64,000 nucleotides of DNA from a bacterium (GCA_027482685.1 JAIXVU010000002.1:19352-83351); one strand, 5' to 3'; shown: positions 29,351 through 39,915, counted from the stretch's first letter. The notes: a model not told the origin generated them from the letters alone. Program-made: numbers and translations.

Positions 29351-30049
29351 ATGACCCAAAAAATCCCCGCACACGATAGATACCTCGCATCTCACTCGTG
29401 GCTCTCTACATACCATCTCTTTTCATTTGCTGATTATTTCGATCCAGATAATATGAACTTCGGAGCACTCCGAGTGTTCAATGATGATACGATAGATGGA
29501 CGAAGTGGATTCGGTCAGCATGGGCACAGAGATATGGAGATAGTGACTATCGTTTTAAGTGGTGAGTTAACTCATACAGACAGTATGGGTAACAGCGGGG
29601 TGATAAAGGCAGGAGAGGTACAGTATATGAGTGCAGGGATAGGCGTGATGCATAGTGAAGTAAATAATGGTGATGAACAGGTACACCTCTACCAAATATG
29701 GATAATGCCGAAAAGCAAAAATCTACAACCAAGTTATGGACAGAAAGATTTTACAGGCATTAAAGAGAAGAATATTCTTGTACCGGTTGTGTCAGATAAA
29801 CAGATTGGTCAGGCGATACAGATACAAGCGGATGCGACTATCTATCTAAGTGAGTTAGAGGCCAGTAAAAAGATTGCTTATGAGTTACAGAGTGGAAGAG
29901 GGTTGTTCGTATATGTTACAGAAGGAGCGATAATTATTAACGCAGCAGAGTTTGCAGCTGGTGACCAAGCGAGAATAGTTGATGAAAAAGAGATACAGAT
30001 GATAGGGAAGATGGATGCAAAGTTCGTTGCGATAGATGTCGTTGTATAG
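29351..30049 (+). CDS. Pirin family protein (YhhW-like)
   Basis: HLFSFADY, LRVFNDD, HGHRDMEI and MSAGIGVMHSE. Confidence 0.95.
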   Translation: MTQKIPAHDRYLASHSWLSTYHLFSFADYFDPDNMNFGALRVFNDDTIDGRSGFGQHGHRDMEIVTIVLSGELTHTDSMGNSGVIKAGEVQYMSAGIGVMHSEVNNGDEQVHLYQIWIMPKSKNLQPSYGQKDFTGIKEKNILVPVVSDKQIGQAIQIQADATIYLSELEASKKIAYELQSGRGLFVYVTEGAIIINAAEFAAGDQARIVDEKEIQMIGKMDAKFVAIDVVV

Positions 30050-30092
30050 TAGAACGTGGTAGGTAGAAAGTAAACAGGGAATATGGATAATT

Positions 30093-30121
30093 AACACGCG
30101 ACCCCGAAGGGGTCGCGTGTT
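30093..30121. repeat. GC palindrome with CC-GAA-GG core
   Basis: AACACGCGACCCC-GAA-GGGGTCGCGTGTT between convergent genes. Confidence 0.75.
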
Positions 30122-30151
30122 CGCTTGTAACTATATACAATTTCAACCCTT

Positions 30152-30436
30152 CTACTTTCCACCGAGAATCTTCTTTCGTTTCTTGGTGTAGAAAAACCAC
30201 GGGGTAGGTGGTGCACCATTCATAAAATCTACCACCGCCATGAAGGTGTCTAATAGACATGGGTCATGACGAGTATTTGTTATACGACAGAGCTCGCTAT
30301 AAAGCTCAAATGGGTCACGACGGGAGAGTTCCTGCGGGTCTGTTATACCGAGAGTGGCGAAGTTTTTTGCAACTGCCTTTCCAACGTTTGGAATATCAGT
30401 AAACTTCTTGACCTCACTTACGTGCATGGCCTTCAT
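30152..30436 (-). CDS. Helix-hairpin-helix protein (Cdd1/mitomycin-resistance-like)
   Basis: IPNVGKA, DPFELY, HDPCLLD and PWFFYT. Confidence 0.8.
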   Translation of the reverse strand: MKAMHVSEVKKFTDIPNVGKAVAKNFATLGITDPQELSRRDPFELYSELCRITNTRHDPCLLDTFMAVVDFMNGAPPTPWFFYTKKRKKILGGK

Positions 30437-30452
30437 GAGTTAAGTGTAGCAT

Positions 30453-31967
30453 TTACACTCCTCGTAGCACAGTAATCTTCGCACCGATACTGTTGAGACG
30501 TTCTGCAATATCAGCATATCCACGTTTGATAGAGTAGACATTGTGTAGCATGCTCGTACCTTCTGCTCCTAACATCGCAATTAATATAATAGCAGTTGGC
30601 CTAAGTGCTGGAGGGGATACAATCTGTGAGCCACGTAACTTAGATACACCTGTAACGAGCGCACGATGCGGATCAAGGAGTTTGATATCTGCTCCGAGAC
30701 GATTCAGTTCTGTGAAATATATTGCGCGGTTCTCCCATGTCCAATCGTGAATAAGAGTCTGACCCTCTGCAAAACATGCAATAGGAACGAAGAAGGGGAG
30801 ATTGTCGTTATTGATCCCTGGGAATGGCTGGGTATGTATCTTATCTGTTGGTGCTACAAGTTTAGACGGACTCACTGTTATATCCACGAGTTCTGTACGG
30901 CCATTCTTAGCGAAGTATTTCTTGGATAATTTATATTTGAGTCCCATGCGTTTTAGCTTCTCTAGCTCAAGTGTGAGGAACATAATAGGACATCTCATGA
31001 TAGTGAGTTTGGATTTTGTAACTATTGCAGCGGATAAGAAGAACATGCTCTCTATTGGGTCTTCACTATTATAGTGTTCAACATTTACATCAATATCTTT
31101 CTTGCCATGAACGGTAAGCGTAGTAGTTCCGATACCATCGATTCGCACCCCAAACCGTTCAAGTAAGAAACATACATCTTGTACTTGGTAGTTAGGCGGT
31201 GCAAACATGATAGTAGTTATACCTTCTATACGAGATGCTGCAATAATAGCCGTAATAGCGCCAGTATCTGATGACTCATAGAGAGGGATGGTACCAGCGT
31301 GTAACTTCTTGTGTGAAATAACGTAGTGGTCGGACTTGGTAACGATATTCACTCCTAGATATTCCAGAGCGTACTTGTGTGATGAGACAGTTCTCTCGCC
31401 CATCTTGCACCCGCCAGAGTGTGGGAGGTGGAATGTGTCAGTATTGTGAATGAATGCACCAACGAATGTAAAAGAGCGAATCTTCTCTGCAACAGCTTTA
31501 TTCATTTTTGAAAAAGCTAGTTTCTTCGGGGGTTTGATCTCAAGAGAAGTATCGTCGTTAATCCATTTTATCTTAACGCCTAGACTCTCAAGGAGTTCCT
31601 TGTATCTATAGACCTCTTCGATATGTGGAATGTCATGGAGAATAGTGGTGCCAGAGTTCACAAGTGCGGCTACCATCATGTTAATCGCTCCATTTTTGGA
31701 GGTGTTGGTTGTGATACTGCCTGATAACTTACGTCCACCTTCAACTTTGAAGTCAATAGTATCCTGGAGACTGATGATGTTATGTTTGAGAACATCACTC
31801 ATCTTGAGTAGTTGCTCAACTGTTACATTTTGGTTGCCAGACTCTACACGAGCGACAGCTGATTGTGAGGTCTTGAGTGAACGAGCAAAGTCTTCTTGGG
31901 TCATGCCACGTTCTTCACGGAGCTTTTTAATAAAAATACCTATTTTCTCTTGGTCATTTGGTGGCAT
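30453..31967 (-). CDS. murA: XRE-HTH fused UDP-GlcNAc 1-carboxyvinyltransferase
   Basis: N-terminal LREERGMTQEDFARSLKTSQSAVARVESG HTH, then SKN, GGCKMGER, ENR, LR and RGY MurA motifs. Confidence 0.9.
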   Translation of the reverse strand: MPPNDQEKIGIFIKKLREERGMTQEDFARSLKTSQSAVARVESGNQNVTVEQLLKMSDVLKHNIISLQDTIDFKVEGGRKLSGSITTNTSKNGAINMMVAALVNSGTTILHDIPHIEEVYRYKELLESLGVKIKWINDDTSLEIKPPKKLAFSKMNKAVAEKIRSFTFVGAFIHNTDTFHLPHSGGCKMGERTVSSHKYALEYLGVNIVTKSDHYVISHKKLHAGTIPLYESSDTGAITAIIAASRIEGITTIMFAPPNYQVQDVCFLLERFGVRIDGIGTTTLTVHGKKDIDVNVEHYNSEDPIESMFFLSAAIVTKSKLTIMRCPIMFLTLELEKLKRMGLKYKLSKKYFAKNGRTELVDITVSPSKLVAPTDKIHTQPFPGINNDNLPFFVPIACFAEGQTLIHDWTWENRAIYFTELNRLGADIKLLDPHRALVTGVSKLRGSQIVSPPALRPTAIILIAMLGAEGTSMLHNVYSIKRGYADIAERLNSIGAKITVLRGV

Positions 31968-32007
31968 GGAATGTCTCTATATTATAACTTGGTATGTATA
32001 TGGTGAG

Positions 32008-32025
32008 TATATCATATATGGTATA
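32008..32025 (-). promoter_or_regulatory. Near-palindrome overlapping the extended -10 of HTH-murA (candidate operator)
   Basis: TATATCATATATGGTATA overlaps minus-strand TG-A-TATACT at 32014-32006. Confidence 0.4.
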
Positions 32026-32032
32026 TGTGAAA

Positions 32033-32122
32033 GTAATTAGTTATTAGTTTAGAAATACACAGACCGAAATTCCCAAAGGGGATTTCGGTCTGTACTAATT
32101 ACAAATTACTAATAACTAATTA
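32033..32122. repeat. Heptamer arrays flanking a GC hairpin
   Basis: GTAATTA/GTTATTA, hairpin 32059-93 (CC-AAA-GG), then TAATTAC/AAATTAC/TAATAAC/TAATTAC. Confidence 0.7.
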
Positions 32123-33382
32123 CAGTAATGAGTAGAAAAAGTAAACTGTAAGCGCTGACATGATGACAGTAATTGTTATACCAAACATATTACCTAGCTT
32201 GCCATTAACATTGTTACCCAGAATTTTTTTGTTATTAGCTATAAGTAGGATGAGTATCATAAGAGGAGGAGCGAGCAATCCGTTTAAGATAGCAGAATAG
32301 TAGAGCATGGCAATCGGGTTAACTCCAAATAAGTTAACAATTAACCCCACCACCATAGAGAGAATGATAATAACGTAAAAGCCACGAGCTTGAGAAAATG
32401 TTTTACTCAGTCCTTCTTTCCAACCAAAGGCTTCTGACACGGCATATGCCGCAGATCCTGCAAGAACAGGGACTGCTAGTAACCCTGTGCCAATAATTCC
32501 AAATGCAAAGAGTAAGAAAGCAAAGTCACCCGCAAGTGGACGGAGTGACTCGGCTACTTGTGCAGCGGAAGTGATTGAGGTAAGACCAGATGATCCAAGA
32601 GTACTTGCCGCTGTAATAATAATGAAGAATGTTACAAGGTTAGAAACGAACATGCCGATAGTTGTATCGATACGCATCTGTGATATATCGCTTATAGCAA
32701 CTTTGGGTGAGTTTGTATTGAAGTCTTGTACTTTTTTGTTAACTATTTCCTCCTCTACTTCTTCTCCGGTTTGCCAGAAGAAAAGATATGGAGATATCGT
32801 TGTACCAAGCATTGCAGTAATGTTCAATATAAATGCTGTATTCCATTCTATATGAGGCACTATCGCTGCATAGAGTATCTGTGTCCAGTTTTGGTTAATG
32901 GTAAATGCGGTGATGATATACGCAACTATAGTAAGTGCAAGATATTTGAGTATTGACACATATGTCTTGTAGGGGATATATACCACTGCAAGTATCGTAA
33001 AAAAAGTAAGCACACATACACATATAATGAACGAAACAGGAACAAGTAATTGAATCGCAGATGCCATTGCGCCTAAGTCTGCACCTATATTGATAGTGTT
33101 TGCAAAAACAAGTAGTGAGACAGCACCATAGAGAATAGGCTTGGCGTAGTTCTCTTGTATAAGTGTTGTTAACCCTTTACCTGTTATTGTGCCTATTCGA
33201 CCACACATTTCTTGTATTGCGAACATGAAAGGAAATGTGAACAGAGCAAGCCATAATTGCCCTAAACCAAATACAGCTCCAGTTTGTGCATATGTTGCGA
33301 TACCTGCTGGGTCATCATCTGCGACACCGGTGATAACACCAGGGCCGGCAGATTTTTTGATACGTTTGAGAAATGCGAACAT
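32120..33382 (-). CDS. NRAMP-family divalent metal transporter
   Basis: GPGVITGVADDDPAGIATY, QEMCGRIG and GTTISPY. Confidence 0.9.
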   Translation of the reverse strand: MFAFLKRIKKSAGPGVITGVADDDPAGIATYAQTGAVFGLGQLWLALFTFPFMFAIQEMCGRIGTITGKGLTTLIQENYAKPILYGAVSLLVFANTINIGADLGAMASAIQLLVPVSFIICVCVLTFFTILAVVYIPYKTYVSILKYLALTIVAYIITAFTINQNWTQILYAAIVPHIEWNTAFILNITAMLGTTISPYLFFWQTGEEVEEEIVNKKVQDFNTNSPKVAISDISQMRIDTTIGMFVSNLVTFFIIITAASTLGSSGLTSITSAAQVAESLRPLAGDFAFLLFAFGIIGTGLLAVPVLAGSAAYAVSEAFGWKEGLSKTFSQARGFYVIIILSMVVGLIVNLFGVNPIAMLYYSAILNGLLAPPLMILILLIANNKKILGNNVNGKLGNMFGITITVIMSALTVYFFYSLL

Positions 33383-33455
33383 GATGTGAATAAGTATATC
33401 AAGTAATAGTTATTAGTAATTAGGTATTAGTAATTAGCAGGGGATACTATATTAT

Positions 33456-35207
33456 CTATATTTGATGAGCGACAAGATTTTGATATACAGAGTTTGACTG
33501 CATGAGTTCATCGTGAGTGCCTTCACCAACTACATGACCTTTATCCATCACGATAATTTTATCAGCATCACGTACTGTTGATAGGCGGTGGGCTATGATG
33601 ATAGTGGTCTTACCCTTTGATACATCACGGATGGCGTCCATTACACGAGCTTCATTTTCACTATCAAGCGAAGAGGTCGCCTCGTCAAAGATGAGTATTT
33701 CTGGATTTTTAATAATTGCTCTTGCTATACCAACACGTTGACGTTCACCGCCTGATAACTTAACCCCTCGTTCACCAACAAAAGTATCAAACCTCTTCTC
33801 TCCTAACCTATGATAAAACTTATCAATACGAGCAAGATGTGCAACTTCTTCTAATCTCTCGAGTGCGTGGGCACGGTCTCTGTCTTTTACTGCTATCATA
33901 ATATTCTCTCGAATAGTGTCATCCAGAAGATCTACATGTTGTTCTACATAGCCTATGTGTTCGCGTAGATACCCTGCATCAATAGTTCTTAACTCTACAT
34001 CACCAATTGTTATTGAGCCATCCTGATAATCATATGCACGAAGTAGTAGTTTAACTATTGTACTTTTACCTGAGCCAGAAGAGCCAACGAGTGCAGTTGT
34101 TTTGTTTTCGGGGATGGTAAATGAAAGGTTTGTAAATACAGGCGAGCCAGCTTTTTCATAGCTAAATGTTACATCAGAAAATACAATTGCATCTTTGAAT
34201 GGTATATTTTTTGTACCACTTTCATCAAAAGAGGGAGTCTTGTCGATTATAGAAAAATATCTCTCAGCATCTGCGTATGACTGAGGTATCTGTCTCATAA
34301 CTGATGAAAGCGCTCCAATATTCCAGTAGAGTCTATTGATAAGACTAAGAACAAGGTACACTGTTCCAATTGTATACGCATTTTCGAGATACAAGTATGA
34401 AGCAATTGCAAATGTTGCAACTACTGACATTTCTGTGAATAGATGTCGCCTTGAAGAATGCTTTGCGGATCTTCCTAGGGTTACAAGGTGATGATTAACA
34501 GCGCTTAAGCGCTTTCTGAGATATTCTTTTAGAAAATAGTCTTCACGATGAAGCAGTTTAACTGTCTGTAGATGTGTAAATGCTTCAGTCCTTTGTCTAC
34601 TTTGTTCATTCCAGTTGTCACGATTTTTTGTTACATAAACATGGTGGCTCTTTTGAAACAAAAATGACCAAACACTAATAGTTATAATGATACACGTACT
34701 GACTACCGCTAAGATAAAACTTTGAAGATACAGTGTCGCTACTGTAATAATCGCGAGTGTGATAGTTGGTAAAACTGTTGTAATTATTTTATTAATTATA
34801 TCTTGTATTGCTTGTTCTCCTTTTGCAACAACTGTTAATTTGAGCGCAGAATGGTCTTCGATATGTTGTGCTGGAGTGAGAGATAGAATTTTTTTATATG
34901 AAAATTCTTGTATATGCTGGAAAAGAGTTTGGTCTAGATTATTTTGAGTATTTCGTACCGCAATATAATCAATAAGCACATCAATTGCATATATGATTGC
35001 ATATGCTGTAAAAGCGTAGATAAGTAGCTCCACATTTTTTTCAACAAGAAAATTGAGTATTTTACTCTGACCATAAGCAATTGCTACGACGAAACCCTGA
35101 GCGAGGATGATCAATCCTAGTTGTAGATAGAAATATTTGTGAAAGGGTTTGAGGATATTCCAGAGACGCAAAACATTTTTTATATGGATAGACATGAAAT
35201 CTATCAT
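33456..35207 (-). CDS. ABC exporter, fused permease/ATPase
   Basis: TM domain plus GSSGSGKST, LSGGERQR and DEATS. Confidence 0.95.
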   Translation of the reverse strand: MIDFMSIHIKNVLRLWNILKPFHKYFYLQLGLIILAQGFVVAIAYGQSKILNFLVEKNVELLIYAFTAYAIIYAIDVLIDYIAVRNTQNNLDQTLFQHIQEFSYKKILSLTPAQHIEDHSALKLTVVAKGEQAIQDIINKIITTVLPTITLAIITVATLYLQSFILAVVSTCIIITISVWSFLFQKSHHVYVTKNRDNWNEQSRQRTEAFTHLQTVKLLHREDYFLKEYLRKRLSAVNHHLVTLGRSAKHSSRRHLFTEMSVVATFAIASYLYLENAYTIGTVYLVLSLINRLYWNIGALSSVMRQIPQSYADAERYFSIIDKTPSFDESGTKNIPFKDAIVFSDVTFSYEKAGSPVFTNLSFTIPENKTTALVGSSGSGKSTIVKLLLRAYDYQDGSITIGDVELRTIDAGYLREHIGYVEQHVDLLDDTIRENIMIAVKDRDRAHALERLEEVAHLARIDKFYHRLGEKRFDTFVGERGVKLSGGERQRVGIARAIIKNPEILIFDEATSSLDSENEARVMDAIRDVSKGKTTIIIAHRLSTVRDADKIIVMDKGHVVGEGTHDELMQSNSVYQNLVAHQI

Positions 35208-35273
35208 AACAGACCTTTACAATTTTTGTAAGTCTTGTTTTATGAGTGGTGGGTATGATACAATGTATACAAG

Positions 35274-35314
35274 AAAAAGAAAGAACGGCGCCATAGGCGC
35301 CGTTCTTTCTTTTT
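35274..35314. repeat. GC palindrome with CC-ATA-GG core (terminator-like)
   Basis: AAAAAGAAAGAACGGCGCC-ATA-GGCGCCGTTCTTTCTTTTT. Confidence 0.75.
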
Positions 35315-35318
35315 TATA

Positions 35319-36239
35319 TTACGCGTGCAAATGCAAATAGATATCTTCAAGGGCCCGCACAGCGTCTCCCGCTGCGATGTTGTTCTGATGATAGAGTACA
35401 TCAGTACAGTCACCTGCTGACCAGATGCCTTTTACGGATGTCTCTTGGGTACGAGGATCAATCTTTATATTCTTACTCTCAGTCATATCAACTACTCCTT
35501 CTACGAAATGTGTAGCAGGGACTTGGCCAATCTCAACAAAGACAGCAGAAACAGGGAGCGTTACGTCTTCATTAGTATCAGTTTTGGTATACGTGATTGA
35601 ATCTACGAAAACACTACCTTTGATTTCTTTCGGCACAGCATTAGTTACGAGAGTAAAATGCTCTTTTTGTTTGAGCTTCTCTACCGTGATTGCATCTGCT
35701 CGTGGTTCGCTACGAGAAAGAAGGGTGACTGACTTACAATATGCGAGTAGTTGTGCAGCTGATTCGAATCCTGCATTTCCTCCACCAACGACTACAACAT
35801 CCATGCCAGAAAATAGTGGTCCGTCACATGATGCGCAATAGGTGATACCTTTGTTCTCGTAGACATCCGCTCCTGGGATATCTAATTTACGACGAGATGA
35901 TCCAGTTGAGATGAGGACAGTCTTACTAGAGTGAGTATCTCCGTTTTCAAGCGTGACAGTGAAGCTGCCATCAGAGCCTTCAACTTTGTTTACAAATAAT
36001 CCTTCGCTTATAGAGAGTATCTCACCTTTGTATTCTTCAACATGCGTCTTGAGAGATTTTGCGAGATTTGCACCGGATATATGTGGTGTACCTATCCAGT
36101 TCTGAATATCATCAGATACGGTAGATTGCCCGCCCCATTCTTTCACGATAAGTAATGTCTTTAGTTGTTTACGCGCGGCATACACTGCGGCTGATGTGCC
36201 TGCTGGTCCGCCTCCGATGATGATGAGATCGTAGTTCAT
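35319..36239 (-). CDS. trxB: Thioredoxin reductase (TrxB/AhpF C-terminal type)
   Basis: GGGPAG, YCASCDG, GGGNAG and AGD. Confidence 0.9.
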   Translation of the reverse strand: MNYDLIIIGGGPAGTSAAVYAARKQLKTLLIVKEWGGQSTVSDDIQNWIGTPHISGANLAKSLKTHVEEYKGEILSISEGLFVNKVEGSDGSFTVTLENGDTHSSKTVLISTGSSRRKLDIPGADVYENKGITYCASCDGPLFSGMDVVVVGGGNAGFESAAQLLAYCKSVTLLSRSEPRADAITVEKLKQKEHFTLVTNAVPKEIKGSVFVDSITYTKTDTNEDVTLPVSAVFVEIGQVPATHFVEGVVDMTESKNIKIDPRTQETSVKGIWSAGDCTDVLYHQNNIAAGDAVRALEDIYLHLHA

Positions 36240-36380
36240 GGTTAATAGTTAATGGTTAATAGTGAAGATATTGATGAGTATAGCATGCATGATAAAGTAC
36301 TAAGAAATATATATACAGTAAACGTTTGTTGATAAAATAAAAATAGAGGAGGTGGCATGGACTGATTGGAGAAGGAAAAA

Positions 36381-36420
36381 ATAATTAAAAGCCGCATTGT
36401 TTGATGCGGCTTTTAATTAT
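36381..36420. terminator. Hairpin terminator downstream of ftsZ
   Basis: ATAATTAAAAGCCGCAT...ATGCGGCTTTTAATTAT. Confidence 0.75.
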
Positions 36421-36430
36421 AAATATTTAG

Positions 36431-36536
36431 AAAATTATTTTAGATACGAGGCGAAACAAATTTTTATGAGGAGTTGTACTTAGATGTACAGTGACGAAAT
36501 AAAAATTTGTTTTAACGAAGTAGATGAAGTAATTTT
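36431..36536 (-). repeat. 3'-UTR structured repeat, copy 1 (after ftsZ)
   Basis: Shares CGTCAC-YGTAC..GTAC..CTCCT..GCCTCG with 53198-53318 and 62951-63072. Confidence 0.65.
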
Positions 36537-36545
36537 ATATTTTTT

Positions 36546-37790
36546 TTATTTTTTCCTTCTAAGGAATGGTGGCAACGCCTCCCAATCATCTTCTTCATCG
36601 CCGTCATCAGTAAACTTAAACCCGGTTTTCTTTACTTGTTCTTTATCAGCTTTTTTTACTGCATCAACGTCTATTTGGTTCATCTCTAGGTCAATACGCT
36701 TCTCTTCTTTTACAACTTGCATGATAGTCTCCTCTTTATCAATCTTAGGAGTTGTTAGAGGGGCTTCATCTCGACGTACTTCACTACGAGCTTCGCTAAT
36801 AGTAGACGGTGTTCCGTTAACGCGAGTAGAAAATCCAGTAGGGAATCCTGTGGCAATAACAGTTACCTTCACCTCATCTTTCTTGAGGGTGCTATCAGAT
36901 GCGATACCGAAGATTATCTTTGCATCCTTATCAACTGATTCGGTGATAATCTTTGCAGCTTCTTGGACTTCAAGCATCCCAAGATCTTCTGATCCGTAGA
37001 TTGCAAAGAGTACACCTTTAGCGCCGTGAATAGAGACATCAAGGAGAGGGGAATTGATTGCAGCTGATGCTGCTTCGCGTGCACGGTTCTCTCCCATGCC
37101 ACGGCCTACACCCATAAGAGCCGTTCCTGAGTCCTTGAGAATCCGTTTGATATCAGAAAAGTCTAAGTTGATGATACCTGGGTTACGAATGATATCTGAT
37201 ATGCCTTCTACGGCTTGCTTAAGTACTTCATCACAGAGTTCAAACGCTTGCTTTACTGAAGTGTTCTTATCGATAACAGAGAGTAGACGGTCGTTAGGGA
37301 TAACAATGAGCGCATCAACTTCCTTCTCTAGCTCCTCAAGACCTCTCTCTGCGAGTTTCATACGTGATGCTCCTTCGAAGAAAAATGGCTTAGTAACTAC
37401 AGCAACAGTCAAGATGCCTTCGTTCTTTGCAATAGATGCTACAACTGGGGCTGCGCCAGTACATGTTCCTCCACCCATTCCTCCTGCGATGAATACCATA
37501 TCAGCGCCTTTGATGACATCTTGGACTTCTTCGCGAGTTTCTTCAGCACTACGCTTGCCTACTTCTGGATCCATTCCCGCACCAAGACCTTTGGTAAGAT
37601 TTTTACCAATATGAATCTTCTTCTCAGCGAGTGAATGGTGAAGGTCTTGTGTATCTGTATTCATTGCAATAAACTCTACTCCTTGAAGTTTAGAATTGAT
37701 CATATGATTAAGTGCGCCTTTTCCTGATCCACCAATACCGATGACCTTAATGCGAGCGAAGCTTTCTATCTCTGGGTTTACTTTTGCCAT
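36546..37790 (-). CDS. ftsZ: Cell division protein FtsZ
   Basis: GMGGGTCTG tubulin signature, INLDFSD and C-terminal LPPFLR. Confidence 0.98.
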   Translation of the reverse strand: MAKVNPEIESFARIKVIGIGGSGKGALNHMINSKLQGVEFIAMNTDTQDLHHSLAEKKIHIGKNLTKGLGAGMDPEVGKRSAEETREEVQDVIKGADMVFIAGGMGGGTCTGAAPVVASIAKNEGILTVAVVTKPFFFEGASRMKLAERGLEELEKEVDALIVIPNDRLLSVIDKNTSVKQAFELCDEVLKQAVEGISDIIRNPGIINLDFSDIKRILKDSGTALMGVGRGMGENRAREAASAAINSPLLDVSIHGAKGVLFAIYGSEDLGMLEVQEAAKIITESVDKDAKIIFGIASDSTLKKDEVKVTVIATGFPTGFSTRVNGTPSTISEARSEVRRDEAPLTTPKIDKEETIMQVVKEEKRIDLEMNQIDVDAVKKADKEQVKKTGFKFTDDGDEEDDWEALPPFLRRKK

Positions 37791-37889
37791 GAATAATATG
37801 AGTTACTGATATATAGTAACTATATCAACTATGAGAACATTTTGCAAAGAGACTTTTTTTAGTATAAATATACAAAAAACTCTTATAGA

Positions 37890-39059
37890 TTAAGGCAAAA
37901 ACTGGTGTATGAACTTCTTGACACGGGTGAAAAATGATGTCAGTACCTCACGAAGAACATCGTTTTCTGTATCAAGAGGTGCTAAGAATGTAAGACCAAA
38001 TGTTCGTGCCCATGCACCATCACGAAGTGTGTCATTTGAAAGCCTAACGAGTTCATTTGTGATAATTTTTATCGGTAGTTTTAGTTCACTTCTAAAAACA
38101 AATTCAAGATGTGGAAGATGAGATGAACCACCACAAACAACAACACCAGCAGGAAGTAATTCTTGACGACTCACACGAGCAAGTTCCTTGTTAATTTTTG
38201 CACAGAGGTCTTCAAATCGAGCAGTGATTATCTCTTCCACACGACGCTTAGAGTACATATGGGTGCCACGACCGACTTTTATTTCTTCTGCGTCTTCTAG
38301 TGTAACTTTTAGACCAAGGGCAATATCTTTGGTAAAATCATCACCACCAGCTGGGATAGTAGAAACAAGAAGTGGAATGTTATTCTCATATACAAGAATT
38401 GATGTTACCTGAGAGCCAATATTGATAAGTGCTACGCCGGCAACTTTTTGTTTCTTGGTAAGTAACGGAATACTCTCAGCAATCGGTCCAGCAACTATAT
38501 CTGTTACACGAACCTCTGCATCTTCGAGACATTTTTTGAGCGTAGTCATGCCCTTTAGAGGGTAAGTAACAAAGAGCGTCTTTACTTCTAGCTTGTTACC
38601 ACGAACACCAGTAACATCACCTTGGACATCTTGACCGTCTAGTCGGTATTTCATCGGGATGGTATGAACTACAGATTTGTTACGGATATCTGGAACTCCT
38701 TTTGAGCCATCCTTTACCGCATTATCAATATCAAGATCAGTAACTGATGCATCTCCTCTTGAAACTTGAGCGTAGCCATTTGCGTGATGCGATGAGAGAC
38801 CGATACCACCAAGAGAGATAAGTGTGTGAAGGGTGTTGCGGCCTGTTTCGTCTTCAAGAGTATTTAGAGCATTAATGATGGCTTTTGTCACTTCTTCACT
38901 ATCTTGGATATTTCCACGACTAATACCGTCAATATTCTTTTTGTATGTTCCTAAAATATGTGGAAGCTTAGAGCCTTCCTCGTATACGCATGCTAAAGCT
39001 CGCAAGCTTGTGCTTCCGATATCTATCCCCACAATCATGTCGCTTAGTTTACGTGCCAC
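37890..39059 (-). CDS. ftsA: Cell division protein FtsA
   Basis: GIDIGST, FTKDIA..L..AEEIK and LPAGVVVCGG; upstream of ftsZ. Confidence 0.93.
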   Translation of the reverse strand: MARKLSDMIVGIDIGSTSLRALACVYEEGSKLPHILGTYKKNIDGISRGNIQDSEEVTKAIINALNTLEDETGRNTLHTLISLGGIGLSSHHANGYAQVSRGDASVTDLDIDNAVKDGSKGVPDIRNKSVVHTIPMKYRLDGQDVQGDVTGVRGNKLEVKTLFVTYPLKGMTTLKKCLEDAEVRVTDIVAGPIAESIPLLTKKQKVAGVALINIGSQVTSILVYENNIPLLVSTIPAGGDDFTKDIALGLKVTLEDAEEIKVGRGTHMYSKRRVEEIITARFEDLCAKINKELARVSRQELLPAGVVVCGGSSHLPHLEFVFRSELKLPIKIITNELVRLSNDTLRDGAWARTFGLTFLAPLDTENDVLREVLTSFFTRVKKFIHQFLP

Positions 39060-39444
39060 GGAAAAATACGCCTAGATGTTTAGCTTCTAGTTCTTCCATT
39101 GTACTACCATGTAGATGTCCTTTCAAATGAAGAACTCCATGAATAACAAGAAGATGAAGAAATTTTGTGTATGACATGTCGAATTTTTTTGCATCACGTC
39201 TGGCTATTGAGAGGCAAATGTAGATTTCACCCTCGGTCTCTGAGAGAGGGAATGAAAGGATGTTGGTCGGATAATCCTTATCTCTATATGTTTTGTTTCT
39301 TTCCTTTGATTCTGTTGGAGTACAGAAAATTATTGTGAGATTGTAGCTTTTACCGAGAATCTTTTCTTTGATTGCTAAAAATGGTATCTCAGGAATGATT
39401 CCATTTTTTCTAATTATAGTGAGGTTTTTGAGTTCAGATATCAT
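39049..39444 (-). CDS. ybeY: rRNA maturation endoribonuclease
   Basis: YRDKDYPTNILSF and HGVLHLKGHLH. Confidence 0.93.
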   Translation of the reverse strand: MISELKNLTIIRKNGIIPEIPFLAIKEKILGKSYNLTIIFCTPTESKERNKTYRDKDYPTNILSFPLSETEGEIYICLSIARRDAKKFDMSYTKFLHLLVIHGVLHLKGHLHGSTMEELEAKHLGVFFRGT

Positions 39445-39492
39445 GAGTACATTTTATAGGTAAAAGTAAAAAGTTGAAAGCAAGTAAAGGTG

Positions 39493-39590
39493 TAATTAGT
39501 TGTTGGTAATTAGTAATTAGTGAAATACGAGGGGCGCCGTAGGCGCCCCTCGTATTTACTTGTAACTTTATACTTGAAACTTTTGACTTG
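39493..39590. repeat. Heptamer arrays flanking a GC hairpin (CC-GTA-GG)
   Basis: TAATTAG-like units, AAATACGAGGGGCGCC-GTA-GGCGCCCCTCGTATTT 39523-57, then 7-periodic ACTT units. Confidence 0.7.
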
Positions 39591-39596
39591 ATTATC

Positions 39597-39845
39597 TTAT
39601 CTTCGTCCTTTCTTTCGTTCGATTACTTTACCCATTCTCTTTGCTAGTTCGTATTTTGCAAGGTTATTAAGCTTCTTTAGTTTTGCGCGCTTGGTCTTGA
39701 GTACTGAAAGTGGGCGGTCGCTGTAGCGGAGTGAGCGGACACGTGGTAATACACCAGATTCTTGAACACGCTTCTGGAAGCGACGAATGAGCGAAAGTGA
39801 ATTTTCGTTTGAGTTCTTTTTTACTTCTACGTTTACGTTTGACAT
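39597..39845 (-). CDS. rpsU: 30S ribosomal protein bS21
   Basis: VEVKK..ENSLSLIRRFQKRVQESGVL; start moved to MSNVN. Confidence 0.8.
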   Translation of the reverse strand: MSNVNVEVKKNSNENSLSLIRRFQKRVQESGVLPRVRSLRYSDRPLSVLKTKRAKLKKLNNLAKYELAKRMGKVIERKKGRR

Positions 39846-39915
39846 ATGTGGGGATAATTCTAACATAAAAATAAACAATGAGCAAACCCGCTCTATACTT
39901 GTTTTCATAGGGAAT

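Noticed and set aside
36484-37614. Long antisense ORFs opposite ftsZ (likewise opposite gyrA, gap, glyQS, murA and the 16808-17554 NUDIX gene)
   Set aside because: Shadow frames caused by the codon bias of the real genes.
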